IMG/VR virus record: IMGVR_UViG_2541047912_000003
Source: a virus
Lineage: Duplodnaviria; Heunggongvirae; Uroviricota; Caudoviricetes
Length of the DNA: 52,958 nucleotides
Strand: one strand, 5' to 3'
Position numbers and translations under genes: made by a program. This document shows positions 11,245-20,344 of the stretch, piece by piece. Each line of letters begins with the position of its first letter. Positions within the stretch are counted from its first letter, which is position 1. The notes under the pieces are model-generated. The model worked only from the letters and a program-made list of their open reading frames with translations. It was not told the origin of the DNA and did not search any database.

Positions 11245-11671
11245 ACCGGACTCCTCCTGCGATCCCTTCTGATACTGTCATCAGCATTACGTCATCCTCC
11301 GTCATGCCCGTCACATCCGGGGAAGCGGGGATAACTTCATTCCCGTCCGGGTCAAAGCGGACGCCTCCGGCAAGCCCTGCCGCTTTCTGCATCAGCACAT
11401 CATCTTCAGGCTCTTCGTCAGCCTCACGCCGGTTCAGCAGACTGAAATCCAGCGGATGCATATCCGGATCGCTGAAAAACAGGCTGAGTACGGTGTACGT
11501 CAGCCCGGAAAAGTGCATATCCAGCAGAACATCATGAAAATAGTGGGTACTGTAAAAGCGGTGCCAGTCGGCATACTCCGTGGATGACATCCCGGCAAGC
11601 ATGGCGCGCCAGTCGGGTCGCCCCATCTCACGCGCCAGTTTCAGGGCAAAACTCAGCTCACCGTCGAACAC
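11237..11671 (-). CDS. T: T portion of tail assembly chaperone G-T (expressed by -1 frameshift from G)
   Basis: ORF in the -1 frame relative to G, overlapping the G 3' end; matches lambda gpT. Confidence 0.85.
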   Translation of the reverse strand: MFDGELSFALKLAREMGRPDWRAMLAGMSSTEYADWHRFYSTHYFHDVLLDMHFSGLTYTVLSLFFSDPDMHPLDFSLLNRREADEEPEDDVLMQKAAGLAGGVRFDPDGNEVIPASPDVTGMTEDDVMLMTVSEGIAGGVRYG

Positions 11672-12075
11672 TTTCCCGCAGAAACAGGCTCTGCAGGCCC
11701 GGCGTCCTCTGCCTGTTCAGGGGCATTATTCACCACAAACTCAGACATACCGGACAGCCGGTACACCACGTTTTCAGCATGAGAAATTGCCTCTGTGGGC
11801 CAGGTGGTAAGCACTTCCTGCTCAATCTGTTTAACGGCCTCATTCATGGACGGCATCTGCGTCTTCTTCGGATGGTTATGCCACAGGGACATCGCCACCA
11901 CAAAAGCACCGGTTCTGATGACGTCTTCCACAGTAACCTGCCGGTTGCTGTCTGACTCCGCCTGTTCTGCCTGCCGTTTCATCAGGGCAAGATGCTCAAT
12001 ACGCTGCAGGGCTGACAGTTCAGAAAGCGTGACGGTCACGCCGTTATGTTCAAATGATTCGGTTTTCAGGAACAT
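11653..12075 (-). CDS. G: tail assembly chaperone G
   Basis: 140 aa, matches lambda gpG; slippery heptamer near its 3' end. Confidence 0.9.
   Translation of the reverse strand: MFLKTESFEHNGVTVTLSELSALQRIEHLALMKRQAEQAESDSNRQVTVEDVIRTGAFVVAMSLWHNHPKKTQMPSMNEAVKQIEQEVLTTWPTEAISHAENVVYRLSGMSEFVVNNAPEQAEDAGPAEPVSAGKCSTVS
11671..11677 (-). other. programmed -1 ribosomal frameshift slippery site GGGAAAG (G to G-T fusion)
   Basis: Plus strand reads ctttccc at 11671-11677, i.e. GGGAAAG on the coding strand, about 5 codons before the G stop, as in lambda. Confidence 0.8.
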
Positions 12076-12090
12076 CGCTGACTCTCCGGA

Positions 12091-12831
12091 TTAACTGGCG
12101 GTGACGGTGATTTCTGCAACCGCAGCAAACTCACCATTACCGGATACAACCGGAATGTTGACCCTGCCTGCAGCAACGCCGTTCACGGTGATGGTCATAC
12201 CACTGACCGACACGGTGGCTTTTGTTTTATCCGCAGACACCGCACGGAAGCTCTTGTCGGTTGCGCCTTCCGGCTGGAATGCCACGGTCAGCGTCGTGCT
12301 CTGCCCTTTCACCACCGAGGTGCTGGCAGGCGTCACGGTCATGCCGGTTGCCGCTGTGACCGTGCTGCGATCTTCTGCCATCGACGGGCGTCCCACATTG
12401 GTGACCTTCACCGTGCGGGTGATCACTTCCTTCGCCGTCACCGCTTTACCGATACTGCTGACCCAGCCACGGAACACATCGACCGTGCCGTTCGGGAAGC
12501 GGATTTTATAGGCACGGGTATCACCTTCATTAAACCACGCCAGCAGCGCCTGCTGCCCCTGTTCTCCGGGCATCCACGCCAGCGTGAAGCTGGTATCTCC
12601 GGCTGATTTCTGCCCCTGCCCGGTCGCAGTCCAGTCCGCATCTTCATCATCGAGATAGCTGTCGTCATAGGACTCAGCGGTCAGTTCGCCGGGCGTCAGG
12701 TCTTTAACTTTTGCCAGACGCGACCAGTCCACGTCTGAAAGCGGGTTCGCATAAGGGTCACCGTTCCCCTTATAAACCCACAGTGTGGTCCCGGCACCTT
12801 TCACCGGCATTGTAGGATTTGGTACAGGCAT
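12091..12831 (-). CDS. V: major tail tube protein V with C-terminal Ig-like domain
   Basis: Sequence from [20 protein letters not shown] matches lambda gpV (246 aa); the supplied ORF extends 10 codons further upstream. Confidence 0.9.
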   Translation of the reverse strand: MPVPNPTMPVKGAGTTLWVYKGNGDPYANPLSDVDWSRLAKVKDLTPGELTAESYDDSYLDDEDADWTATGQGQKSAGDTSFTLAWMPGEQGQQALLAWFNEGDTRAYKIRFPNGTVDVFRGWVSSIGKAVTAKEVITRTVKVTNVGRPSMAEDRSTVTAATGMTVTPASTSVVKGQSTTLTVAFQPEGATDKSFRAVSADKTKATVSVSGMTITVNGVAAGRVNIPVVSGNGEFAAVAEITVTAS

Positions 12832-12838
12832 ATCGTCC

Positions 12839-13234
12839 TCACATTTCATAGGTAATGACATAAGTCAGATCGGCTGAACTCCACAGGCCCGCATCATCGT
12901 CGCGTCGGTAGTCATAGCCACTGGCCACCATACTGGTGATCAAATCTGACAGTGCCGGGATATCGCTCATCACCGGATAAATCCGGGACTCCATCCACGA
13001 ATCCAGCGCTGAATCCGGCACCTGAGCAGGCAGGAAAACTTCAATATGCAGCTCCGCCTGCCAGGTATCGCTGTCCAGCTCTTCGCCCGTGTATTCAGCG
13101 CCGGTGAGATAAACGGCAATTGCCGGAAAATCCGCCTCATCAAAAACAGCGGGGCGACCATCAAAAAGCGTCGCCCCGGTGTCATATTTTTCCAGTGCAT
13201 CCAGTACGGCTGCACGGAGTTCAGTATGTTTCAT
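12839..13234 (-). CDS. U: tail tube terminator protein U
   Basis: 131 aa, matches lambda gpU. Confidence 0.95.
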   Translation of the reverse strand: MKHTELRAAVLDALEKYDTGATLFDGRPAVFDEADFPAIAVYLTGAEYTGEELDSDTWQAELHIEVFLPAQVPDSALDSWMESRIYPVMSDIPALSDLITSMVASGYDYRRDDDAGLWSSADLTYVITYEM

Positions 13235-13809
13235 CGCTTTATTACCATCCTCAGTTGATGCTGCAGCGCATAGCCCAGCTCTTTCGGAAGACGCTCACGC
13301 CGTATCCGCTCAATATTCTGTTTAAACGCCGTGGTCAGCGGCACCGCCATCGGAATTTTCACCACATCAATGGGGTAACGGTTTTTCCCGGCCACACGCT
13401 GCATGACATGCCAGCGGCCATTTTTCAGTTGCTGAATAAACGCGCCGGGAATACGACGGTTTCCCACCACAAGCACGCTGCCGCCACCTTTCAGGGATGA
13501 ACGCTGCCCCTTTTTACGACGCCTGCGTCGGGACAGGACAACCCGCGCGTTACCCAGCCTGATTACGGGCAAATCCCCCCGGTTAACTTTGATTCTGGCC
13601 TGCGGATTTTTGACTGTGGCCCTTTTCAGCCTGGCCCTTTCCTTTACCAGTTTCCGGCGTACCTTTGTCTCACGGGCAACCTGTGCCACCGACTGCGATA
13701 TCGCGGATGAAGCAACGCGGTTAATGGCCATTGCGGCGGCACCGGGCACCGCCGTTCTGCTGATACGGCTGAGGTTTTCAACGGCCTGCTCAAGACCTTT
13801 TATGGCCAT
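13231..13809 (-). CDS. Z: tail completion protein Z
   Basis: 192 aa, matches lambda gpZ (Arg-rich central region). Confidence 0.95.
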   Translation of the reverse strand: MAIKGLEQAVENLSRISRTAVPGAAAMAINRVASSAISQSVAQVARETKVRRKLVKERARLKRATVKNPQARIKVNRGDLPVIRLGNARVVLSRRRRRKKGQRSSLKGGGSVLVVGNRRIPGAFIQQLKNGRWHVMQRVAGKNRYPIDVVKIPMAVPLTTAFKQNIERIRRERLPKELGYALQHQLRMVIKR

Positions 13810-13820
13810 ACATCCCCCTT

Positions 13821-14174
13821 TCAGCGGCGACGGTTAACGGCAGGCGGTACGCCCCGCCCAAGCCAGAGATGACAGCTTCCGCCATCATCCGGCGAAATCC
13901 GGTCTATCCAGAAGTTTTCCTCACCGATGGTCAGCGTGTCGCCGCGCCGCAGCTGCCGCACATCATCAGTCCGGACAAACAGGGACGGGCTGGAGCCTTC
14001 AACGCGCACGCCCTGTCCGGCATAGCTGATATTTTCAGGGTCATCAAAAACACCACGTATCACAGCACCGGACTGCTCACCGGATGTCATGGTGGCTGAC
14101 GTTCCCATGTACCCGCGTATCGTTTCATCGGCGCAGGCAATGGCAGCATCGAACAGGTTATCGAAATCAGCCAC
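13821..14174 (-). CDS. FII: head-tail joining protein FII
   Basis: 117 aa, matches lambda gpFII. Confidence 0.95.
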   Translation of the reverse strand: MADFDNLFDAAIACADETIRGYMGTSATMTSGEQSGAVIRGVFDDPENISYAGQGVRVEGSSPSLFVRTDDVRQLRRGDTLTIGEENFWIDRISPDDGGSCHLWLGRGVPPAVNRRR

Positions 14175-14185
14175 AGCGCCTCCCG

Positions 14186-14581
14186 TTATTGTATTCTGGC
14201 CAGGCCGCGCTCTGTCATTTCAGCTGCCACACCGGCAGAGACACGGAACGCCGTTCCCGGCAGCACAAATGCCACAGCCTCATCCCGCGTGGCGTGAAGT
14301 GCATCAGTATGCAGCGTCACCAGTGCCACAACCGTGACCAGATCAGCCGTATCAGTCACGGTATCCGGCTGCGCTGATACAACCTCATTTTCATGTCCGG
14401 TCAGCACATTTTCCGGGCTGAGAGGGATATCCTGACCGGCAGTGTTGCCCGTGTCATCAAGCTCTTCTTCCAGTTCTGCCACACGGAGCGCCAGTTCTTC
14501 TTTCGTCCCCGTCAGGCTGATATCACGGTTCAGTTGTTCACCCAGCGAGCGGAGACGGGCAATCAGTTCATCTTTCGTCAT
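14186..14581 (-). CDS. FI: DNA packaging / head completion protein FI
   Basis: Sequence from MTKDELIARLRSLGEQL matches lambda gpFI (132 aa); the supplied ORF has a 13-codon upstream extension. Confidence 0.9.
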   Translation of the reverse strand: MTKDELIARLRSLGEQLNRDISLTGTKEELALRVAELEEELDDTGNTAGQDIPLSPENVLTGHENEVVSAQPDTVTDTADLVTVVALVTLHTDALHATRDEAVAFVLPGTAFRVSAGVAAEMTERGLARIQ

Positions 14582-14622
14582 GGACTCCTCCACAGAGAAA
14601 CAATGGCCCCGAAGGGCCATGA

Positions 14623-15412
14623 TTACGCCAGTTGTACAGACACGAACTCATCAGGGTCAGCCAGCAGCATCAGCGGTGCTGACTGAATCATGGTGAACTC
14701 ACGCGCCGGGTCGCCGGTGGTCACCCAGTTTTTCGGGTAACGGGCAGAGGCGTTAATGCCTTCGCGCTGTGCGTCCGCATCCTGAATGCAACCATAGGTG
14801 CGCAGACCGCGTGCCTGAGTGTTCCCCAGCACCATCGTGTTGTCCGGCAGGAAGTTCTTTTTGACGCCGTTTTCCACGTACTGTCCGGAATACACGACGA
14901 TGGCCACATCGCCATACATTCCCTTATAAGACACCGCTTTGCCCAGGTCTTTTACCGCTGTCTCCAGCTCGGAATGAGAGCCGCGACGGGTATCCAGCTT
15001 CTCCTTGACGGCTTTGAAGGAACGGAACAGCGCCCAGCCTTTCGGATCAAACACGATGATATTCACCACACCGCTGGCGTTCAGCGCGTAGGCTTCGATA
15101 TCGTCGGTCGGGTCATACGTGGACTTGTCACGCTTGCTCCACTCCGTGCCGCCGGACTGCGTGATGTTATTCGCCTCACTGCGGCCCATATCCACCTCAA
15201 CCGGATCGAAGGCTTCACCGGTCATGGTATATTTGCCCTTAAGCACGGCAGAAACTGCCTGCATCTCTTCGACCTGGGCAATCGCCAGATTTTCATCCAG
15301 CATATTCTGCCGAATAATACGGCGACGACGGTAAGCCGGGTCAGCCAGGTTCTGCGGATCTTCATCCGGCAGGCGACGCAGGGTCATCTGCGGATTCACC
15401 TCATGCTTGGGT
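14623..15412 (-). pseudogene. E: major capsid protein E, C-terminal ~260 codons, separated from its 5' part by a 10.7-kb insertion
   Basis: Translation PKHEVNPQMTLRRLPDEDPQ...FVSVQLA is collinear with lambda gpE from about residue 83 to the end; preceded in frame by a stop at the insertion junction. Confidence 0.9.
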
Positions 15413-15413
15413 T
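15404..15413. repeat. left copy of 10-bp direct repeat tgcttgggtt (putative att core, attL side)
   Basis: Identical 10-mer at 26130-26139; both lie exactly at the break in E. Confidence 0.7.
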
Positions 15414-15620
15414 ACATGAGTCAAATAGAAAAAAGATACTTGATTTAACAGAGATTTATTTTATAAATGAGAGGGTGCAGAATTACGTAGCAATACATGC
15501 TGCAATACATGGTTAGGGAAAAGCCTTCTTGGCATCGTACAAAAAACAAACCGAATTTTTTCTAACACAGCCAAGTAAAGCCTCCTTCACTTAATTAGTT
15601 AAATTATAAAGGAATATTCA

Positions 15621-16763
15621 ATGAAAATTTTTCTTGCTCATGCAAAAGAAGATGAAACGATAACTGAAGAAATCTATGAAAGGCTAAAAAGTGGAGGATA
15701 TTCCCCTTGGATGGATGTAAAAGATATACCCGCTGGCGTAAACTGGGATTATGAAATCCAAAAAAACTTCGCTAATTCAAACTTGATAATCCTTATCCTT
15801 AGCAAAGTGAGCACTCAGAAAAATGGTTATATTCGCCGCGAAATAAATGACGCCATTGATAAACTAAAGTATTACAAACCAGATGATGTGTTCGTGATAC
15901 CATTACTTATTGATGATTGCGAAGTACCCGCCTACATATCAAGCAAGCTCCAATTCATTGATTTTAAGAGAAATGATGGTTGGGACATTTTATCTAGATC
16001 TTTAAGATTAGCAGCATCGCAACAAAAACTTGAAATATCTCAAGGTATCACTTATGGGCCATTTAACTTTAGCAGCGAGGTTTTCAAGGAAGAATATAAC
16101 AAGATCCCAGGGCATGAAATTGAAATAGCATATCCAAGAATTGAAAGCCATACATTACCGAAATCAGCAAAACTCATTAGTGATTACTTTTCAGGAAAAG
16201 CGGCTTTACATATTTTTTCTGAACGCACATCACTATGGCCAGGAACACCATATTGGGATGAAGAATATAAACACACTTACACTAGTTCCTATAATGAAAG
16301 TTATAACATCTCATACTGTAACGAAAATGTTATGAGCATCCTTCATTCCGTACATTGGTATGGTGCGGGAGCAGCACACCCTAACAGTCATTTTGAAACT
16401 AGTAATTTCGTAATAACCAAGGATGACTACGCATACAAATTTAGTTTATGGGATGTATTTACCGAAGGGAAAGAGCAAGAAGCGATTAATAAGATAAAAC
16501 AAAAAATAATCTCTGAATCAGCTCGTGAATTTTGGGAGAAAACTGGTGAAAAACCAAGTGAGGACGACATTAGTACGTTTGCAACGGGTATCATGGATAG
16601 TAACTTAGACTCGTTCACAATAAATAGTGATGGATTTAGATTCCATTTTGCACCTTACGAAATTCATGCATATGCTTTTGGTTCTTGGGAATTCTTTATC
16701 TCATTCTTTGAAGTAATAGACTTCCTTAAAGAGGATGGAATTTACTCTCTAATAAGGAGTTAA
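15621..16763 (+). CDS. TIR-domain protein (380 aa) with ~250-aa C-terminal domain of unknown function; candidate defence/abortive-infection effector
   Basis: N-terminal ~120 aa (KIFLAHAKEDE, ILILSKVS, candidate catalytic Glu in RREINDA, VIPLLIDDCEVP) fit the bacterial TIR fold; AT-rich codon usage unlike flanking DNA; strong RBS aaggaa; C-terminal WYGAGAAHP motif loosely resembles the GGAH motif of DUF3298/RsiV-type domains (unverified). Confidence 0.7.
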   Translation: MKIFLAHAKEDETITEEIYERLKSGGYSPWMDVKDIPAGVNWDYEIQKNFANSNLIILILSKVSTQKNGYIRREINDAIDKLKYYKPDDVFVIPLLIDDCEVPAYISSKLQFIDFKRNDGWDILSRSLRLAASQQKLEISQGITYGPFNFSSEVFKEEYNKIPGHEIEIAYPRIESHTLPKSAKLISDYFSGKAALHIFSERTSLWPGTPYWDEEYKHTYTSSYNESYNISYCNENVMSILHSVHWYGAGAAHPNSHFETSNFVITKDDYAYKFSLWDVFTEGKEQEAINKIKQKIISESAREFWEKTGEKPSEDDISTFATGIMDSNLDSFTINSDGFRFHFAPYEIHAYAFGSWEFFISFFEVIDFLKEDGIYSLIRS

Positions 16764-17129
16764 CATTTCAATAAGCCTGAAATTTAATCAGGCTTATATA
16801 CATTTCCTTATGATTAAATTATTGCTGTTCTTAAGCAAAGATGCAGCCAGAAGTAATTCCCCCTCAAGCTTGCTTGCACACATAAAGAACTGACACAAAA
16901 CTCTGCTGTAAAGTTGTCTAGCCACACAGCAAAAAACATATGAAACTTTGTTATTCGCAAACTGCTTGCTCTATATTCCACCATCAAGGCGCATAAAGCA
17001 ATTGCAATGGCGCAGAAGTAGGCCATAACTATGAAGTGAAGCTAGCGGCGCGTTATTGGCCGCTTCTGAATAGGGCCTGATTCAACTCAGGGATAAGATT
17101 TTTTCTGGTGATAGACCGCGACGGATGGC

Positions 17130-17330
17130 AACAAAACCAGAGAAAGGAAACGACAGAGGCCAAAAAGCCTGTTTTTAGCACCTGTCGTTTCCTTTCTTTT
17201 TAGGGGGTGTTTTTAATAAAAACATTAAGTTACGGCGAAGAAGAACGGAAACGCCTTAAACAGGAAAATTTTCACAAATAGCAAAAAACTGCGCGCCTGA
17301 CGCCCCGTAGCCTGTCAGATCGCCGGAAAG
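17130..17330. other. satellite cos site (cosQ-cosN-cosB-like), paralogous to the prophage cos
   Basis: About 200 bp roughly 90% identical to 32340-32540 (aggaaacgacag, cacctgtcgtttcctttc, ttacggcgaagaagaacggaaacgcc blocks) in the same orientation; cosN-equivalent 12-mer at 17295-17306 (gcctgacgcccc) differs from the prophage's. Confidence 0.75.
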
Positions 17331-17361
17331 GACCCGCCAGCCAGAGCGGGCCCTAATTTCA

Positions 17362-17745
17362 TCAACCAATCAGCTTATAGCGACCATCCCGTGCATTGCG
17401 GCGTACACGCTCAATCTTGAGGCATAGCGCCGCATCTGGCTTTTTTGGGACAGGTACGCGGCAATATTCAGAAGCGCGAGGAATATTATTTATCCAGTCG
17501 ATCACTTCACTTAAATACCAGGCCTTACGCCCTTCCGTAACCTGCACACGCTCCGGGAACTCTCCACTAGCCTCAAGGTTTAGCAGTGTACGCCGACTCA
17601 GGGTTGTAATTTCCATCACCTGATTCATATCAACAAGGCGCTCGCTTAAACACATTTTGTCAGCGATAGCTTTTAATTCCTCTACAGCTGGATTCGGGTA
17701 CATCATTTCGGCAAGTGGCTTAAGGTCATTGTAATCATTCTGCAT
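17362..17745 (-). CDS. HTH protein (127 aa; AlpA/MerR-like winged helix), adjacent to satellite cos; possible packaging-redirection or regulatory protein
   Basis: C-terminal half (EITTLSRRTLLNLEASGEFPERVQVTEGRKAWYLSEVIDWI) resembles AlpA-type HTH and the Nu1 DNA-binding fold; strong RBS; last gene of the capsid operon next to cos. Confidence 0.5.
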   Translation of the reverse strand: MQNDYNDLKPLAEMMYPNPAVEELKAIADKMCLSERLVDMNQVMEITTLSRRTLLNLEASGEFPERVQVTEGRKAWYLSEVIDWINNIPRASEYCRVPVPKKPDAALCLKIERVRRNARDGRYKLIG

Positions 17746-17756
17746 TGTATCCCCCT

Positions 17757-18098
17757 TTACACACGAGCCAGCGGCTGAACAGAAATACCTGAGCCAACAA
17801 ACGCTGCAATCTTTACTGACAGTTCTTTTACAGACTCAGGCCAGTTCAGAGCATCAACATTTAAGACACCTGTCTTATAGACCTGAGCCTGTGTTTTTTT
17901 CGCGGTGTCGATTTGTACAGCGGAAACATAAACCGCTTTACCTACGCTCGAACCATCCCATACCACCAGTGCACCTGTTGCATCTTCCTGCATCAGTGGC
18001 GTAAATGCAGGAATTACCCCTTTATTAGCTGAAAATATCCCCAGCGTAGTCACCAGTGCTTCAGTGCCAGCCATGAGTTCAGTGTAATGAGTAGCCAT
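17757..18098 (-). CDS. head decoration protein (lambda D paralogue) encoded by the satellite
   Basis: 113 aa; shares the PLM...VVWDG...YKTG...WPE pattern with lambda gpD (26430-26762) but is divergent; strong RBS. Confidence 0.7.
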   Translation of the reverse strand: MATHYTELMAGTEALVTTLGIFSANKGVIPAFTPLMQEDATGALVVWDGSSVGKAVYVSAVQIDTAKKTQAQVYKTGVLNVDALNWPESVKELSVKIAAFVGSGISVQPLARV

Positions 18099-18107
18099 TG
18101 CTCCCCC

Positions 18108-19148
18108 TTAGCCAATGCGAACGGTAACAAAACGATTGATGCGGGCCGGTATTGGCTGTGGTGCTGAATGTGTCTGCACATATTCAATAGCCGGATCACC
18201 AGGCACAATATAGTTTTTCGGTGCAAGTTCGGCTTTAGTCAGCCCCATTCGGATTAGCTCCGGATCCTGAATACCGCCATAGGCGACAATCCCCTGAAGA
18301 GCCGTATTGCCAAGCACCATCAAATCAGGATCAAGGAAATGTTTTTCAGTTCCGTCCTCGTCGGTATAACGCCCGCTGTATACAACAATCGCAACATCGC
18401 CCATATACCCTTTAAAACTCACCGAATCACCAAGGTCTTTAAGGGCCGTTTCCAGTTCGGAATTAGAACCACGACGGGTATCCAGAGCCTCTTTTATCGC
18501 TCTGAATGAACGGTATTTCTTCCATACATTACCGCCCATAATGATGATATTAGTGACGCCCTCACTAAATTCTGCGTAGCTCTCAATATCATCATTTGGA
18601 TCAAAAGTTTCTTTATCCTTACCTGACCACTCAGTACCGCCAGACTGAGTGATGATATTTTGTGGTTTTATATTCCAGTCCAGCTCATAACGTTCAATAC
18701 CATCGCCCTCAATGATATTTTTCCCCGTTGTGATTGCCTGAACGGCAAGCCATTCAATACGTGCACGAATAGCTTTAGCCTGATTTACAATCGCCTGTTT
18801 AACTTTAATATTACGCGCTCCAAAAGCATTGTATTGCTCAGGTGATACACCAGCAGGGCGCACAGCTAACTTATTTGGATCAATGCTGCTTTTCGGCTTC
18901 ATATAGCCTGGACGAATTGTTTTTGATTCGTACCCTTCGTCACGTGAAACTTTACTACCTACCATAGGAGAACAAAACGCTGCAATTGGGATATTTGGAT
19001 CGTCGATTGTATCAAGAATAATATCGCGCGATTCAAACATTACCGAACGAGTAAAAAACAAACTGGTAAACAACGCATTTAGTTGTTTTTGTACATCTAC
19101 AGCATTAACCACCTGTACAAGCTGGGTAGGCGAATATAAATCAACCAT
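18108..19148 (-). CDS. major capsid protein (lambda E paralogue) encoded by the satellite
   Basis: C-terminal two thirds about 50% identical to lambda gpE (ITQSGGTEWS, DTRRGSNSELETA, YMGDVAIVVYSG); likely start at MVDLYSPTQ with AGAGGA RBS; the supplied ORF is extended upstream. Confidence 0.8.
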   Translation of the reverse strand: MVDLYSPTQLVQVVNAVDVQKQLNALFTSLFFTRSVMFESRDIILDTIDDPNIPIAAFCSPMVGSKVSRDEGYESKTIRPGYMKPKSSIDPNKLAVRPAGVSPEQYNAFGARNIKVKQAIVNQAKAIRARIEWLAVQAITTGKNIIEGDGIERYELDWNIKPQNIITQSGGTEWSGKDKETFDPNDDIESYAEFSEGVTNIIIMGGNVWKKYRSFRAIKEALDTRRGSNSELETALKDLGDSVSFKGYMGDVAIVVYSGRYTDEDGTEKHFLDPDLMVLGNTALQGIVAYGGIQDPELIRMGLTKAELAPKNYIVPGDPAIEYVQTHSAPQPIPARINRFVTVRIG

Positions 19149-19365
19149 ACGCATCCTCTTTGCATTCATTAAAAATAATTGTGGATATATGCTATCACCG
19201 ATATTTGTCATGCGAATACATGCAACCGAGTGCAATGTTGTATAAAGTTTTGGGATAACAACTCCAGCGCGGATAATTAGTGTTAATATCTTCACTCCCT
19301 TTGGTCGGGATTTATGTAGCATGCCGGAAAATTTATTTTTTTCCGGCCTTTTTTATTGGCAATAT

Positions 19366-19815
19366 TTAAAACGGAATATCATCTCCCCATTGCTCATTAT
19401 CTCCCACTGGTGGATGGCTTCCTTGCTGATCTGCCTGTTGTTTTGCTCTGTTCAGTGCGTCAGTAGCCTGACCCTGTTGACCTTTTTTGCCGCCCGGTCG
19501 CACCGTTCGCGCACTGATTACGCTGTCTGCGATAACCTGCCAGCCCTGCCGCGTTTCACCGTTCTGTCCAGTCCACTGGCTCACCTGCATATTACCCGCC
19601 ACGCTCAGGAGTTCGCCTTTGTGATGCTTTGCCAGCGCGTCGGCTTGTCTGCCAAACGCCAGGACAGATAACCACATCGTCGCCTGACCGTCATCCGACT
19701 GACTGCAGGGCAGTGATACCGCCATACGCGCCAGCGTCATGGGGGTGCCCTTGCTGGTCTGTTTTGTCTGCGGGTCGTCCACCAACCGCCCGTAAACTGA
19801 TATTTGCGCCGTCAT
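19366..19815 (-). CDS. ssb: single-stranded DNA-binding protein
   Basis: 149 aa, OB-fold-like N-terminus, Gly/Gln-rich linker and C-terminal acidic tip DDIPF; RBS present. Confidence 0.85.
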   Translation of the reverse strand: MTAQISVYGRLVDDPQTKQTSKGTPMTLARMAVSLPCSQSDDGQATMWLSVLAFGRQADALAKHHKGELLSVAGNMQVSQWTGQNGETRQGWQVIADSVISARTVRPGGKKGQQGQATDALNRAKQQADQQGSHPPVGDNEQWGDDIPF

Positions 19816-20057
19816 GCTGCCTGCTCTCCGGACTTAATATTGATTGTTGTCACTTCCTCCGCTTCAGCAATCTCCCGTTCGGTCAGAGTGGCAAAGTTTG
19901 CAGCCGCCGTTGTCATGAATGCGCTAATCAGTTCGGGATGTGCTTTCGCGTATCCTTCCCCGGCGTTGCGGTCGATGATTTTTATCGACACCCTTAACCA
20001 GTGTTCCGTCAAATCAAGGGCGTGCGATTGTGATTTTTTTGTGTGCTTCGCTGTCAT
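19812..20057 (-). CDS. hypothetical protein (81 aa), translationally coupled to ssb
   Basis: Stop overlaps the ssb start (ATGA); immediately downstream of the iteron region. Confidence 0.5.
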   Translation of the reverse strand: MTAKHTKKSQSHALDLTEHWLRVSIKIIDRNAGEGYAKAHPELISAFMTTAAANFATLTEREIAEAEEVTTINIKSGEQAA

Positions 20058-20099
20058 AGGCTTTATCTCACAGCAGTAAATTAAAATTTTTGCGTTTTA

Positions 20100-20335
20100 A
20101 CCCTTCACCTGTTCACCTTTTGATATTTTCTCTTTTAATTCATAATGTTAATGGGTGAACAGTTTCACAAAAACTATTCACCAACTGTTCACCACTGTTC
20201 ACCCTTGAAGCTCAATAAACAATCAAAAAGGTGAACAGTGAATAGTTTGGTGAACAGTTCATAAATAACTGTTCACCCTATAATATACTGATATAAAAGA
20301 TATTTATGACAGGGTGAACAGTGGTGAACAGTTAT
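20100..20335. repeat. iteron cluster (about 10 copies of TGTTCACC / GGTGAACAG in both orientations); putative satellite replication origin
   Basis: Motif recurs throughout 20103-20330 in an AT-rich context, immediately downstream of the primase-helicase gene. Confidence 0.75.
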
Positions 20336-20344
20336 TCCATAAGT

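Noticed and set aside
16814-17026. 70-aa minus-strand ORF between the TIR gene and satellite cos
   Set aside because: No RBS and a Cys/Leu-rich translation; sits in the non-coding spacer.
20100-20335. Possible CRISPR array suggested by short repeated motifs
   Set aside because: Repeats are 8-9 bp, occur in both orientations with irregular spacing, and there are no cas genes; they fit replication-origin iterons.
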